This document shows positions 25,106 to 38,600 of a stretch of 64,000 nucleotides of DNA, piece after piece. The first letter of the stretch is position 1; every line of letters begins with the position of its first letter. This stretch comes from Podarcis pityusensis (Eukaryota), in NCBI GenBank assembly GCA_964106645.2, contig OZ067048.1; one strand, given 5' to 3'. The notes under the pieces were generated by a model that worked only from the letters and a program-made list of their open reading frames with translations, made no database searches and had not been told where the DNA came from. The position numbers were made by a program, and so were the translations under genes.

Positions 25106-26493
25106 GTAAGGAGATTCCTTCCTCTCGCCGCCACGGAGCGGTCGTGCTCGGCTTGGCTTTTCACCTGAGCTCCCCCCCCCCTTCGTCTCCTTCGTGGTCG
25201 ACGGGGGACATGCGGGGGGCGCCCCCTGCGGTAGGGTATCCGGTTGTGGGAGCCTGGCGCCGAGTCCCCCCTCTCCCCGCAATAACTGGCCACCTCGCCT
25301 GGTAGGGTGGCGGCCTAGGAGCCTCCTGCCCTCTTCCCCAGCTTGGAGGGAGGTCTCCGCACATCTCCTTCCCCGCCTCCCACTGGGTGTTGTGGCTTCT
25401 GTTTTTGTTATTATTCCGGTTTGGTGGTGGTGGTGTGTTAAAAAAAGGCTTCACCTCCGCAGTCTTGGAAACCATTTATCCGGGTAGAGGGGCGGATTGC
25501 TTAGTTTCAGAGCGAAGCCTTCGCCCTTTCTAGGTGGAAAATGTCTGTGAATGTCACTTTCTCTATTCCCCAGGAGTCCACCCGCCGCTGCCACCTTTCC
25601 TTGATGATCAAAGTATGAGTCTTGGTTTGAGGAAGGGTGACTTGGTAAAATAATATTCGTGCTCATTGGAGTGGGACTTTTATTATTTAATTTCTGTGTG
25701 TGTGTGCATGTGATGCAGCGGAGAAGGAAAAAAGATCAATCTGTTCCATCAGGTTCTTCTCAAGAGCCTGGTAATCCTGACTAGATTTCACTTGTAGCCA
25801 CAGCTTGGCTGAGTAATGCTGCCGAGGCAGCCTGTATGGGGAATCGCTCAGGGCGCTTCCACTCGTTGATTCTGTACGACTGGAAAAGCTAACTTCTTGG
25901 GCCTGCGAATCGAAACCTTACACGGTTTTCTCCCTCTTTTAAAAAAATGAAGGAAACAAAATCATGTGATATGCATGAACACATAACGCACAATTGTACC
26001 ACAGAGAAGAGTGGTGTGACCTTTGCTCTAAACAAGGCAGTAAAATAGACTGACTGGAGGGACAGTATAGGGAGAAAGTACAGGAGAAAGCAGCTGTATA
26101 CACAACTGGAGGACTTTAAGGCTTCAGTCCCTGTATTATTTCTAATTTTTAGCGTGAATCCTTTGCAGTTTTGCTATTTAGAAATTGCAAAGGAGTCATT
26201 ATTCAGACAGAAAGCTAAGTTTTTAAGCAAGACATCAAGTTTTAGCAATATGATTAAGCCCTTCAGAAACTGAATGGTAATTTTGCTTTTTGAAGCAGTT
26301 TCACTTGCACTATGCTTTTGACCCTGTTTTGTGTACTGAAGCAAGCAGTGAAAGCACAAGCTGTGAGATGCTCGAGTTGGAAAACGTTATTGCTGAAAAA
26401 GCTTTTGCAGTCCAGTTAGTTTTCACGTATTTATAGGGAAACTAAACATAAATTCCCAAGTATTGTCATTTCTGAATTAGAAGGTAGATAAAG

Positions 26494-26849
26494 GTAGAGG
26501 GTAAAGGGACCCCTGACCATTAGGTCCATTCATGACCGACTCAGGGGTTGCGGCGCTCATCTCGCTTTACTGACCAAGGGAGCTGGCGTACAGCTTCCGG
26601 GTCATGTGGCCAGCATGACTAAGCCACTTCTGGCGAACCAGAGCAGAGCACAGAAACGCCGTTTACCTTCCCGCCAGAGCAGTACCTATTTATCTACTTG
26701 CACTTTGACGTGCTTTCGAACTGCTAGGTTGGCAAGAGCAGGGACCGAGCAACGGGAGCTCACACCGTCGTGGGGATTCGAACCGCCGAACTTCTGACTG
26801 GCAAGTCCTAGGCTCTGTGGTTTAACCCACAGCACCATCCGCGTCCCGG
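26494..26849 (-). mobile_element. Sauria SINE
   Basis: Homologous to the 9049 copy; TSD TAGAAGGTAGATAAAG at 26478-26493 and 26850-26865. Confidence 0.9.
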
Positions 26850-28519
26850 TAGAAGGTAGATAAAGTGCTGCAAATGGGGACTCTGGATCAGGTAACAAGA
26901 ATATGACACATGGCATGCTGTCCAGATCTCAGAGATTGGAAACTCATGCAGCCCTTTAGCCCAGTATGACTTTAGATAATAGTTAGCTGCCAGAAGGAAT
27001 TTAGGCATCTTTGTTACAGCAAAGATATGAAGCAACTCTCTGCCATTTTTCAGTAGGAATGGAGACTCCTGGGGTTGAGTCTAGTGCAGCTTTCTTCAAA
27101 ACTGACTATTCCTGCTGGCTTTAGCTAAATGGCCTGATTTTTGCTCTAAAGCATAAGCACAGAATGCTCACCTGCACTCATCTTTGAACAGAATTGTAAT
27201 GCTCACAACCAGTGTGGATTTAGACTGTTGCCAGGTGCAGGTACTGACGGTTGTGTACAGTATGTAATGTGGCAATTATTCAACATCCTTGACAACTTTC
27301 TTTTCTTGTCAACTGTTTAGTTTTAGTTTTTGTTTTAAACTCAATCTGCAACTTAATGCAGCTTTTATTATTAGCCAATGTACAATTTATACCAACATTA
27401 TTTCAGCTCCTTGTCATCATGTGACTTCCAAATGTTAAATCTCAAGGTTGAAATGTATGTTGCTTTTCAGGCTGCCCACCCCTGATGTTAGCCAGGATGC
27501 CTTTCCTGTTCTCATCTATACAGGAATAAATGAAAGGAAATCTAAATTGCAAAATGTCTCTAACTTGTTGCATATTAAAAAGCTGAACTACATTATTGCA
27601 TAGTTTTTAGAACTTTCTTTGTGATTTGTGTCTTCATTAATTAAATGAAATAAATTGAAATTAGTAGATTTTCAAGGATTTAAAAAGCAATAATACAGTC
27701 TTCTGCTAAATATAAGGTACAGGAACAAAAAAACCCCATTTGTTTTCTTATAGAATGCCCAGTTGAATAGCAACTTATGCAAGTGCATATTATGCATGCA
27801 CATATATTATCACTGTAGAATTCTATACAAAGAATAATTTTCTGTATGTTAGCTTGTCAAACTGCTAAGCTTGCTTCTATCTTTAGTACAATCTTTTTCT
27901 CTTTATACATTTCTAATTTAAGACTTTCTATATATTTTAACTTATAGAATGAAACTCATTGTTGTGGAATAGCTTTTGATCTAAGAGATGTCCATTAACA
28001 TAAGGGAATGGGAGATTGTTTTTGCCAATCCCCTCCTCCTGCTGCAGCCCCTGAACCTCACAAAAATGAGTTCCAGAAGTTTGGAGGACCCTTCAGAAGA
28101 ATGTGGAAGATGACATGAAAAGTTCAGGGGACTGCAGCTGGAAGAACTTGCAAAAATTTCTTTCACTCTTGATCAAATGCCTCTCTACAAGGTTATTGCC
28201 CATTGCATATATATTTTAAGATCTGGATTATATTATTAAGATACAAGTAGCATTAAAAGTGAAATCCTCAGTTCAGTAATTCTACTGAACATTAATTAAA
28301 ACTAGATTGTTTGATGATCCATTGAGGAAGGGTTAACCAGTGAGTGTTCTATTATGATCTTACTTATCAGTGGTGGAAACTTCATTGCTATTTAAGTTAC
28401 TTTTATTTAATATTTTAATATTATGTTTACTTAGTTACCTGAAGTAACTTGAAGTAACTAATTCTCTTTGGGTTAGTCCTAGTATTTTGTTACAAGTTAA
28501 GAATAATTTGAAGAGTTCC

Positions 28520-28656
28520 AGCTCAGTTGGTAGAGCATGAGAGACTTAATCTCAGGGTCATGGGTTCAAGTCCCAAGGGCAAAAGATTCCTGCATTGCAG
28601 GGGTTTGGACTAGGTGACCCTCGTGGTCCTTCCAACTCAACAATTCTGTGATTCTA
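28520..28656 (+). mobile_element. tRNA-derived SINE with CR1-type 3' tail
   Basis: A-box AGCTCAGTTGGTAGAGC, B-box GGTTCAAGTCC, tail TTGGACTAG.TGACC...TTCCAACTC...ATTCTGTGATTCTA. Confidence 0.8.
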
Positions 28657-29138
28657 ACCAGGGCATCTTTACATTTTGATGAATTTAATCTGGGACAGTG
28701 GTATGGATTGTCTGGAAAAGTTTGAGTGGAGATATTGTTTACCCTATATCAGCTTGTTAGCATGCTAATTTAGCATGCTTAGATTGTATAGTTGGTTCGG
28801 TATCTAGGGGATAGTAGTCTGAAAAGGTTAGTTGCAACTTTGAAATTGCCTGTTTTGATACTGTATCCATTCATGATGTTGCAAATAAAATTTAGGTAAC
28901 AATGTACTTTTAAAACAAAATTAACTGCAGAAAAGGGTGATACCAAACAATAGGCATACTACAAGTAGACCTACTGAAAACAATGAAAACATTTATCTCA
29001 GTTAGTCAACTCTGACTTGAATGCCACCAATTGTAGTGGCAAATCTGCTGTCTCACTCACATCATTACTATCTGCAAACATCTGTCTATATAAAAAGTAT
29101 AATTCATGTTATGCTGCAGTAAATTCACTGATCAATTA

Positions 29139-29300
29139 CTGTATTTTTCCGTGCATAAGACTAGGTTTTTTCCCTAAAAAATAATGTCAAAAATTAGGGA
29201 ACATGTTTTACACAGATACATCTCCCCCTACTTTCTCAAATCTGAATCCCCTGAAATAATCCCCTGAAATAGGGGGCGTCTTATAGACGGAAAAATACAG
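29139..29300. mobile_element. Tc1/mariner-type MITE (C(T/C)GTATTTTT termini)
   Basis: TIR CTGTATTTTTCCGT / ACGGAAAAATACAG; TA TSD. Confidence 0.82.
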
Positions 29301-32300
29301 TAAATAACTTTTCATCTTAGTTTCAAGACTCCTCATACTGGTAGGGAATGAGTTCATTTATTTGGGAAAGAGTAAGTTATTTTCTCTTCACTTTTGCCAT
29401 GCAAATGTATAGGATGATATCTGGTCATACTTGGAATAGACGCATCAAAATCAATGGACTTGGGTAATTTAAATTGATTGGTTTCAATGAGTCTATTCAT
29501 GAGTATGACTAACACTGGCTATTACCTATAATCTTGGGTCCATCACATGACCTGTGAAAATTGTGGTGATGATGTCTGTTTTCAGCAGTAAGTAGCGTTC
29601 ATTAGAAAATCTCCAAAATTCCTAAATTGACTCTTAAACTGACACCACCTTCCTCTGTAACGACTGTACACCCACATAATCTATTCCAGATGATTGGGAG
29701 AGGAAATTTATTCCACCATCAGTGTCCATTCTGCCAGTAGATGAATACCATTGAATTTTATTCATAATAAATTGGTGACTTATTAGGGCTATCTCAGATG
29801 TCACAAAGTAATGAAAAATCAAAACTCTCCGCAATACTTTGTGACACTTTAGATGATTCTAATAATTGCATTGGCCCACTGATAGGGGTTCCTTGCAATA
29901 TGCCTAAATCTTGGTTGCTCTTTGTACCTGTTCTTGCTTGACTGCAGATGGCAAGAATTGAACTCTGTATTCCAAGAACTGCACTATGGCTTTGTCTATT
30001 CATGTTGTTTTCTATGCTGTGATGAATAGTTCTGTTTGCCTTTTGAGCAGTGAAATGTGTGGAACTGATTATTGTATTATTGGAAATAAATCCTGGTGGC
30101 TTTTCTCAATTATAATGTTTACTTAAGTTAAAAGAAATGAAAACTTTTTTTAAAACTAAGAAATGAATACTTTTTTATTTCGAGTGTATGTATAAAACTT
30201 TGTGTTTGTTTCTAATGATTAATGTATTGTACTTGCCAATTTGAATTGTTTAAAAACGCAACTTTACAGGCACAAAGGCATGCTTCTGTAATTAACATTT
30301 TCATTCACTATGACAATCCTATGAGGACACAATGGCCTGGTTCAGAAATCATGGTAAGACAAACTATGACTTAACCAGGATTGTGTGGGATTCCAAAGAG
30401 AAACTTGTGGTCACATTGCTCCTTTCCTGGCTTTATTCCAATGCTAGGTCAAGGTTTTACTTCAAAATGATTTCTGAAACTCCGCCTTTTTATAAAACAA
30501 AAGAAGAACCCTTGTTAGCTGGAAAAACTCAAGGCATTGAGTGTTGCCCAGGCCCTTAAAACTGACTGCTAGTGGTCCCTAAGAATTCTGACAGTACCCC
30601 ATACCTAAATAGGACTGCCTATTGTTGATCTAAAATATTTTCCTCAGCTTGCTGTCAATTAACTTGAACTCAATTAACTTGCAGTCCTTTGGTACTTAAG
30701 TTGAATTAGCTGTTGAATTCTCAGAGTTCTGCTGTCTCATTTGGGTGTCTGCTTAGAATGCACAAAACTGGTTGCTTACTTCAGTTCAGTCTCTTTGGTT
30801 CAAAAATTGAAGTGCTAACCCATGAAGCTTATATGTGACTATTTGTGCTTGATTATTCTTCATTAATTTAACATAAAAGTTGGAGTTCATTGTTTGACCT
30901 CTGAAAAGGACCTCTAAGGTTCAGTGTTGAACCAGTGAAATAGTTTATAGAACTTTATATTTATTTTGGCAGGCATTAATCTGGTTAGTTTTTATGTACG
31001 TTTTATCTACTGCTGTGTTTATGTTTTAGTATTCAATTGGCTTTTAACATTATGTTTCTTAAATTGTGCTTAGTTTAATTGTTAGCTGCCTTCAGCATCT
31101 GTTGGACAGAAAAGCAGATTGTTTAAATAAAATATTTCTTATAGAACTAAAACCTAGGGATATCAAGCACATAGGAATGAATTGGCAGTTTTAAAAGCCA
31201 GGAAGATTTTTGGTCAGCTTTCCCCCATACCCCACTACTGTATGCCAGGTATTTTAGCACTCAAGCAGCTAGTATCTGTAGATTCCTATTTTGATACAAG
31301 TATTACCTGCAGCAAAATGTTGCAGTATACTCAGCTCCTGTTCTTTTTAGTCTTCTTTAGGCAGGGTTCAGGAGGATGGGAAAGAATGAACCCTCTTTCT
31401 TTCTGATCCATCTTTGAGGCAGTATCTACTGTACTAAAGAATTGGGTGGCAGGTAGTAGAAAAAGATAAATAAAAGCATTTATTTCATTCCATTTATGAA
31501 TTGCTTCCTGTGAAACAGCTCAAAGCAATCTAACATTAAAAAACACGGGCATTTTTAGCTATTAAGCTTGGATGAGAATTCTGGAGAGTAGTAAATGGAA
31601 AAATCAACTTTATTCATTTTCTTTTCACCTCAAACATCACTGTGTAGACTAGGAAATAAAGGGCTTTTTATTTTTTTGAAGAACACATCACAACACCTGC
31701 TTCCAGAATGCTTTTTCTAAGCTGATAGGTATTTGAGCTGGCTAATTACCTCCCTACCCCCATTGTAAACACACCCCATGCCAAACTAGCACCTCAACAG
31801 CTTTCTGTCGGGAAGCTAACAGATGCTTGTCAGGTTTTGGATGTGGAAAAAAACTTAACTTACAGATGAATATATTTATATACATGCAGGGAGCCCCCAA
31901 GAAAAAGTAGACAGCTCTGTCTTATTTTGAGGTAGTGTTATTCCACCTCACCTCGTTCCCAGTGGAAACCAGTGCTGGCAGTTTCACCAGCAATATCCCT
32001 TCCCTAAGTCATTTCAGGAAATCATTAGTACTCATCATCCTGTGGGCCATACTCAGATTTGGTACTCTACCCTTGCAGAGGTTACAGATCGCCTGAAGCT
32101 AAAATCTGATAAAGTCTGATGAAGCTAGTGAATCCTTCTGTACTTATGATTGATTGTATGAATCTGTTTTCATAGACGTTAATGCAGTATTACCAATAGT
32201 ATTTATTTTAGGAACCCAAAATCCATTGCACAATGCTGATGGAGTGTTAATGCCAAATATTAAATGTATATTCAAATGTTATTTTTATATACTTTTGTTT

Positions 32301-33195
32301 ATTGTGGAGCTTTGTATTAAATTTTCCTTTCAAGCACATGGAGATCACATAGTGATCTACTCATTGAGCTTTCTGCCCAGGTGAAACACGATAGCTCTTC
32401 TGAATAAACTACCGTATGTGCATCAGTGTACATTTTAGTTATATGTACTGTTTTATTGTGCTACTCTCATTTCACAGTGATGACTTTTTTGACAAAGAGA
32501 TGAGATAGAAAGGAGACTAATATATGTGGGGGGGGGGAATAGTTAAGTCTAGGCTAGCAAACATAAACATTTAAAATCTGTGTCCAGTTTTTGTTTCTGA
32601 GCCTGCAACATATTTATTCTGTACAATCAGTTTCTTCATGATGACGACTGTAGACTAGCCTCTTCTTAAAAGGCAGCCCAGATTTACAGGAATACAAACC
32701 ATGTATTTCAGTCTAGAGCTTATAGTTGGTGATAGGATATAACCACCTAATGTTTATTGTGAATTGTGGCAGATCTGCCGCTTCTGAAATGGTATTGTTA
32801 TGATTGTCCCTACTACATCTGATCTTGTTTATTTTGAACACTTATTTTCTAAGGAATTGGCATTTCATTTTCAGATTGTCTGCATCAGAACCATTTTTTA
32901 CTCTATGTTGTAACTTTTGATTAAAGCACTATACATTAGCATATAAATTGTAACAGTTCATTTATTTTTATGGGGGAAATTTTTAAAACAAGATTTGGAA
33001 AAACTATGGGTGGTGTTTGATGTTAGTCATACTTGGAGTATGTATAGCTATTGAAGTAAATGAATTTAAGTAACTTTGATTTCGCTGGGTCTATTTTCTG
33101 AGTATGACTTGGTTGGGTTTCACTTGTAAGAAAATTATGCACAAATGGTATGGAGCTTTGTTTGATTAAAAAATGTATGTGTTTGTTTTCTTTAG

Positions 33196-33393
<198 letters not shown>

Positions 33394-34046
33394 TAGAAGC
33401 GAATATGGTAAAAAAATGAATAATTTTTAGTGTAATCTTCTGTCAGAGCAGTATGGTTTAGAAATACTTGCATAAGAGCTGTCAATTTTTTTAGTTAGCT
33501 ATAGGAAGAATAGAAAATCTTTGCAATAATTTTTTTTACAGTATAAAATTCTGAGCTGCACAGCAATCAAGCATGTGCCTTGGATTCAGGTGAATCCCAA
33601 TTCTAAGTGGGGTGTCTCATAGGGTTTTTGGGATCTGTTAGAATTGAAATGGGAAGTATAGGAGAGAGCAAGAGACAAAAGCAGGGACACTGAAGCACTT
33701 TACGGTGCCTCAGCAATCCAGACATCAGAACAATTTCTGCTTACCTGTATCTGTCAAAAATTAAAGTAGCATCTTCAAGCTTACCATACAAGGAATAATA
33801 CTGGGGTGGTTGATGAAGAAGAGAGAGCAGATACCACTGACAGTTCAAGCTTACAATCAGTGGGAATGATATTACCCCCAAAATAAATCCATTTTAGTTA
33901 TTTGTGACTCCCAAATCAAATTTAAATATGCCTAGCACAAAAGCCCCTGGACCTATTTGCCTATTATTTGGCAAGCTTTATCCATTCTGGCGGGGCTAGT
34001 ATGCTTTCAGAATTCATCCATTTATCTTGGAGGGGGAAATGCTAAA

Positions 34047-34048
<2 letters not shown>

Positions 34049-34081
<33 letters not shown>
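34049..34081. repeat. (AC)n microsatellite
   Basis: Direct reading. Confidence 0.95.
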
Positions 34082-34085
<4 letters not shown>

Positions 34086-34832
34086 CACTTCCAATAGTGA
34101 AGGGTGTGGAGGACAAAGTAGACCTGGTTGGACTGCAAAGTGAGTTAGGCAATAAAGTGCCTTGGATGCTAATGTACTGTTTTCTAGAGTACCAGATTAT
34201 GGTCTGAACTGAATCTTGTGACCAGTGTACACACCTAAGAGCAATATTGCAGTAATTCTGAAACCATCTTAAGATCAGCATATCAAGTGACCACATGATT
34301 GTTTCCTGATTCATCAGCAGATCTGCATGGAAGCACCCATGCTCTAGCAGCTCTCATGCTCTTGGTATTAATGTATGATTCAGGCTTCAGGTGGCTTCAT
34401 CACATGTTTCTTAAAGTGTATCATGGGGCTTAAAAAAAAAAAAGCCTTGTCCAGGCCAGGCTCAAGAGACCTGAATCGCATGTGTAAGAACCACATGTAC
34501 AGCTGGAGCTTGTTTGTTTTTTAGTGCAGTGTTTCTGCTGCCAAGGAGACAAGCCACTTTTGAAACAGCAGCCTGTCTCTTTTAAAAGTGGGAAAGATAT
34601 GTTTTCTAAGAAGATTTTGCCATTCATTAATTTGTAAATATTTGTGTTAACAAAAACACTTTAAAATGTCTTGTTGCCCCATTTATTGGGGTCTTCTTTT
34701 ACATCAGGGGTTGGGAACATTTTTAAACTCCACAGACCAGATCCTTACTGTTACCAGCCTAAACTGGCAGGTGGGTGGCCATGAAACAACATAATTATGA
34801 TTTCACATGGTTGACAGATGGGCAATGTCTCA

Positions 34833-35660
34833 AAATTGGTTAGTATTGAACCGTAGTCACTTAATGATATAACAGTGTTTGCTGTTGTGGTTTCATTAAC
34901 TACACACTACCAAATTTTATGATTTTGCAAAAACAGCCATGGAGTTTGCATCCTAAAATATATTTGGTAGCTAGTGTAAAGTTGCAGCAACAGCTACCTG
35001 TAACATGGCAGTAATTTAAAGCAGTTTAATAGTAACCCTCTTCTTTCCTGAATAATCCCTGGGATTATATAGATGATATAACTGGTGACTTCAGCTGATG
35101 GGCAGGAGGGCAGGGTTCAATCCTGCATTGGTTGTGCACCCTGTTGCCACATATTGTTTAGGACAAAAACCCAATAAAGAGGCTCCTGTCAGTTTATCTC
35201 TTTGGTTTCTATGTCTTTGAAAGCAGGCGGATCCCATATTTGATTATATGCACTGCTAGTTAATAATTAGCTTCAGCTGTTCCTCCATTAGTACCATAAC
35301 AACTTTATATGATACCAATCTGTACTGTTCAGATTTGTCATTTAGAATGTTAAGTGAGAAAATTATTGTAGCATAGGATTTAGAAAACCATATTGCTGCA
35401 GATTCACTGTCCAGACATGAAGAAAATGTTTTAGGTTAAAATTACATTTTAAAGACCTCAGATTGATATGCTAGAGTTACACCATCCCTCTTCCTGATAC
35501 TGAAAGAATTTTTTTCACAGATCTTTATCTGCTGTTTATAATAAAATGTAATATTTGTGTCATAAATTGGTTAGTATTGAGCCATAGTCACATATAGCAG
35601 TGTTTGCTGTTGTATTTTCGTTAAGTACACACTACCAAATTTTATGATTTTGCAAGAACA
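34833..35660 (+). repeat. About 100-bp diverged direct repeat (34833-34935 and 35564-35660)
   Basis: Shared AAATTGGTTAGTATTGA, CAGTGTTTGCTGTTGT and TACACACTACCAAATTTTATGATTTTGCAA. Confidence 0.9.
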
Positions 35661-38600
35661 TATAATCTGGTAACATTGCAACTACATCTTTTAAAAATCA
35701 GAAGCCCTCATCTTCTTAGATTATTACTTAAAAATGCTCCAATCCCTGTAAATTTGAAGCAACTTGTGAAACTACCTCACTGGTGGAACATGCCCCTTCA
35801 CAACAATTGTTCACAATTGTGAACAGATGTACGGTTTCTGATTCTCTTTCCTTGACCTGATTGTTTTCTGATTATTTAGAGAAGGCTTGGCAACTATTGT
35901 TTGGAATTGCTGTGGAACCTGAGAGGAAGTGTAGTGGAAGCAGTAAATCTTCTGTATAAACACAGTAGATGTTGCACTGCACATTTATTTACAGCAGAGG
36001 CACAGGTTTGCTTCCTTTATAGGCTGGGGAAATAGCTGTGAAGCAATTGCTTTGAAAGTTTTTAAAGGAAAAATGTAATTTATAATTTTAAACTCACCTC
36101 CCCCCCCCCAAAAAAAGAAAAATACCCTTTTAAACTGCATCTGTTCTACTAAGATGTAGATGCCAAATGCAAACCAACTTTGTGTGGCAACTGAATCTCT
36201 GAAGATAACCTGTTGGCAGTGATATGCCCTCTAACATTTCAAATGTGAAAATAGGGACCCTCCTGCTCATGAGTGAATGGTACAAAGCAGAGTGTAACAG
36301 CCCAATTAAGATTGTCCCCAGTGGTGACTTAGCACTAGTAGAGGCGTCTCCACTTGTGATAGGCAGGACACCTATTTATTACTGATCCCTCCTACTCAGT
36401 GCAGCCCCTGAAAAGCTTCTCTTGAGTATTGGGAGGATATTGGGATATACCATAGATGGCTATAGGTTGGAGTGCCTTCAGTTGCCCTGTAAATTAAGAT
36501 TTGGGGGGGAAAGTTTATTTAAAAGGGGAGAAGGGTCAGGTGATCCACACCTTGGAGCATGAATCTAGTGACTCCCCACCCCCCACAAATAACATTCCTC
36601 CCTGTCTGGCTGTTGCATTTACAGACACCTTAGTCAAGAAGCATCCAATCTCCCATTCCTTATTTTGTGCAGCAGTTGCCAATCAGGCTGCTGCTTGGTC
36701 ATGATACTCCAGTCACCTTAACTGAGAGGCACCAAGGAGACTCTCCCTCTCTGTTTCCCTTTCATCTCTGGAAATCTTTCCAGTTGGTTAGGTCTTCATG
36801 GTCAAGGCATTCTGATTATAGTAGACAAATCACCTCCATCCTTCCTCCCCACTTTAGAGCCAGGGAGGGGCAGGGATCATTGCACAATTGCCAGGGTGGT
36901 TTCCACCCTCTCTGTCATTTCCAGATTGAGTACAAGGCTCACTCTCCGTGGCAAGCAACACTGTGGAAACCTGACTTTGAAACTCCTGATACAAGCACAA
37001 TGTTACAGCTGCATTTGGCCCTAAAAGCACTGTGGTGTTTTTACAAAAATTTGCTTGGGTTGAGTGAACATGGTTGCTGGGTTGTAAAATAGAAGGGTGG
37101 GGGGAGTTGTTGGTCTGTTTGCCGTTGCAATACAGCCAAAAAATGTTTCCCTCTAGTAGTTTTAAAAAAAACAACAAAATAACATTTTGATAGAAAGCAT
37201 TGAAAAATAAATCCATGGCTGCAAAATGTTGCCTCGCTGAGTATTTGTTGTTTAATGTTAAAACTGTTTTTTAGTCACGTGTGCAGAATGAGAATGGGAA
37301 GGTGCAAGTTTCAGTATTTAAGGCTTATTGGAATAAGAAAAATCACATACTTCAAAACAACTATGATAATACTTAACAATTGTATAATGCCTTCAAGTGC
37401 TCAAAATGTCTCACATACGTTATGTAGCTGCAATCCTTACAACAGTGCTGTGAGGCAGTGGTAGGGAACCTCTGGCCCATGGGCCAATCTTGGTTTGCCA
37501 TGGGTTCTAGTTTTGTCCTTGAGGCTGGTTTCTTTTTTAAAGCACACCCACTTGTCCATCAGCTGACAGCACTCCAATTAGCTGGGGTGGGAGTTTCAAT
37601 TCCTCATGGAACTGGCATGTGTAGTCATGGCAGCAGGATTTAATCTTCCGCTCATCAGCTGTTGAGAGGAGACTTAAATTCTGCTCAGTTCGGCAGGATT
37701 CAGTACAAGCCCCTTCTTGGTGACAGGGGTTTGCATCGAAACCTATACTAAAATGGAGGGGCAACCCTTCGTTTTAGCAAGGTGTTCAGTACACACCACT
37801 TGTCATCAGGAAGGGGTTTGCCTTTAACTGCCTACTTAAATTGAGCTTTTGTCTTCTGTTTTAGCAAAGAGCTTTGAAGTGCTACCATAGTGACCTCAGG
37901 TGATTGTTAAGTGGATAGCCCTACCCACCTGTCAAATTTTGTCTAAACCTAATAAGAACCTGATCCATGGAGCCAAATGTTTTCCCACCCCTTCTGTAAG
38001 CCAGGTCATATTTAAGTCGTATTGCAGATGGCAGTGTCTGAGGTTGGGGGTGGGGGAGCTTTAGTAAGGTCACCTAGAAGTTCGTGGTAGAGACAAGATT
38101 TGAACCAGGTACCTTCTGATGCAAAGTTCAGTCTTTTTACCATTCCATGGTACAAAGAAGATATAGACTGTCTTCTTTGTCAGCACCAGGACTTTACAGC
38201 CAATCGCTTCCTGCTCATACATCTCACAAAAGCTGCCCTTACAACTTAGGGTACCCTCCAGAGCAATATTGCACCTAGGGGCTGCGGTTGGAAAGGGAAA
38301 TTGACTGAAGCAGCAACAAACACTGAGATTGTAATAAGTTATTTGTACAGAAACCTCTCTGGATCTCTGACCAATGTTTTGAATGAAGAAGGGATTCCAA
38401 TAAGCAAACTGAAAACTTTATTGGAAGAATGACAACATTTTGGCCAATTCGCTGGACTTTAGTGCAAGATTATCTGATCATTAAGTAGACTGGAAAGCTA
38501 TCTAAAACTTGCTACAAGTGTCACACACAATAGAATGTTGTGGTATGGAATGCTGTTGTTCAAGCCAGGATTCAATGCACACTGAGCATTCTACGTGGGC

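Larger units (their letters stand above)
23950..25530. promoter_or_regulatory. CpG island / POLK-CERT1 bidirectional promoter
   Basis: Only long CpG-dense unique region. ZNF143/Staf-like sites at 24443-24464, 24506-24523, 24550-24568 and 24571-24588; YY1 AAGATGGCG at 24369 and 24645; GC boxes at 24496 and 24594; ETS CTTCCG at 24345; AT-rich ATTATAG at 24614. Confidence 0.88.

Noticed and set aside
24551-25293. 243-aa and 163-aa antisense ORFs and other ORFs over the CpG island
   Set aside because: GTG/TTG starts, low-complexity Ala/Arg/Pro/Gly content and stop-codon depletion expected in GC-rich DNA; no recognisable domain.
28520-28580. tRNA-like sequences here and at 54420-54484
   Set aside because: No intact acceptor stem and fused to CR1-type tails; these are SINE heads, not tRNA genes.
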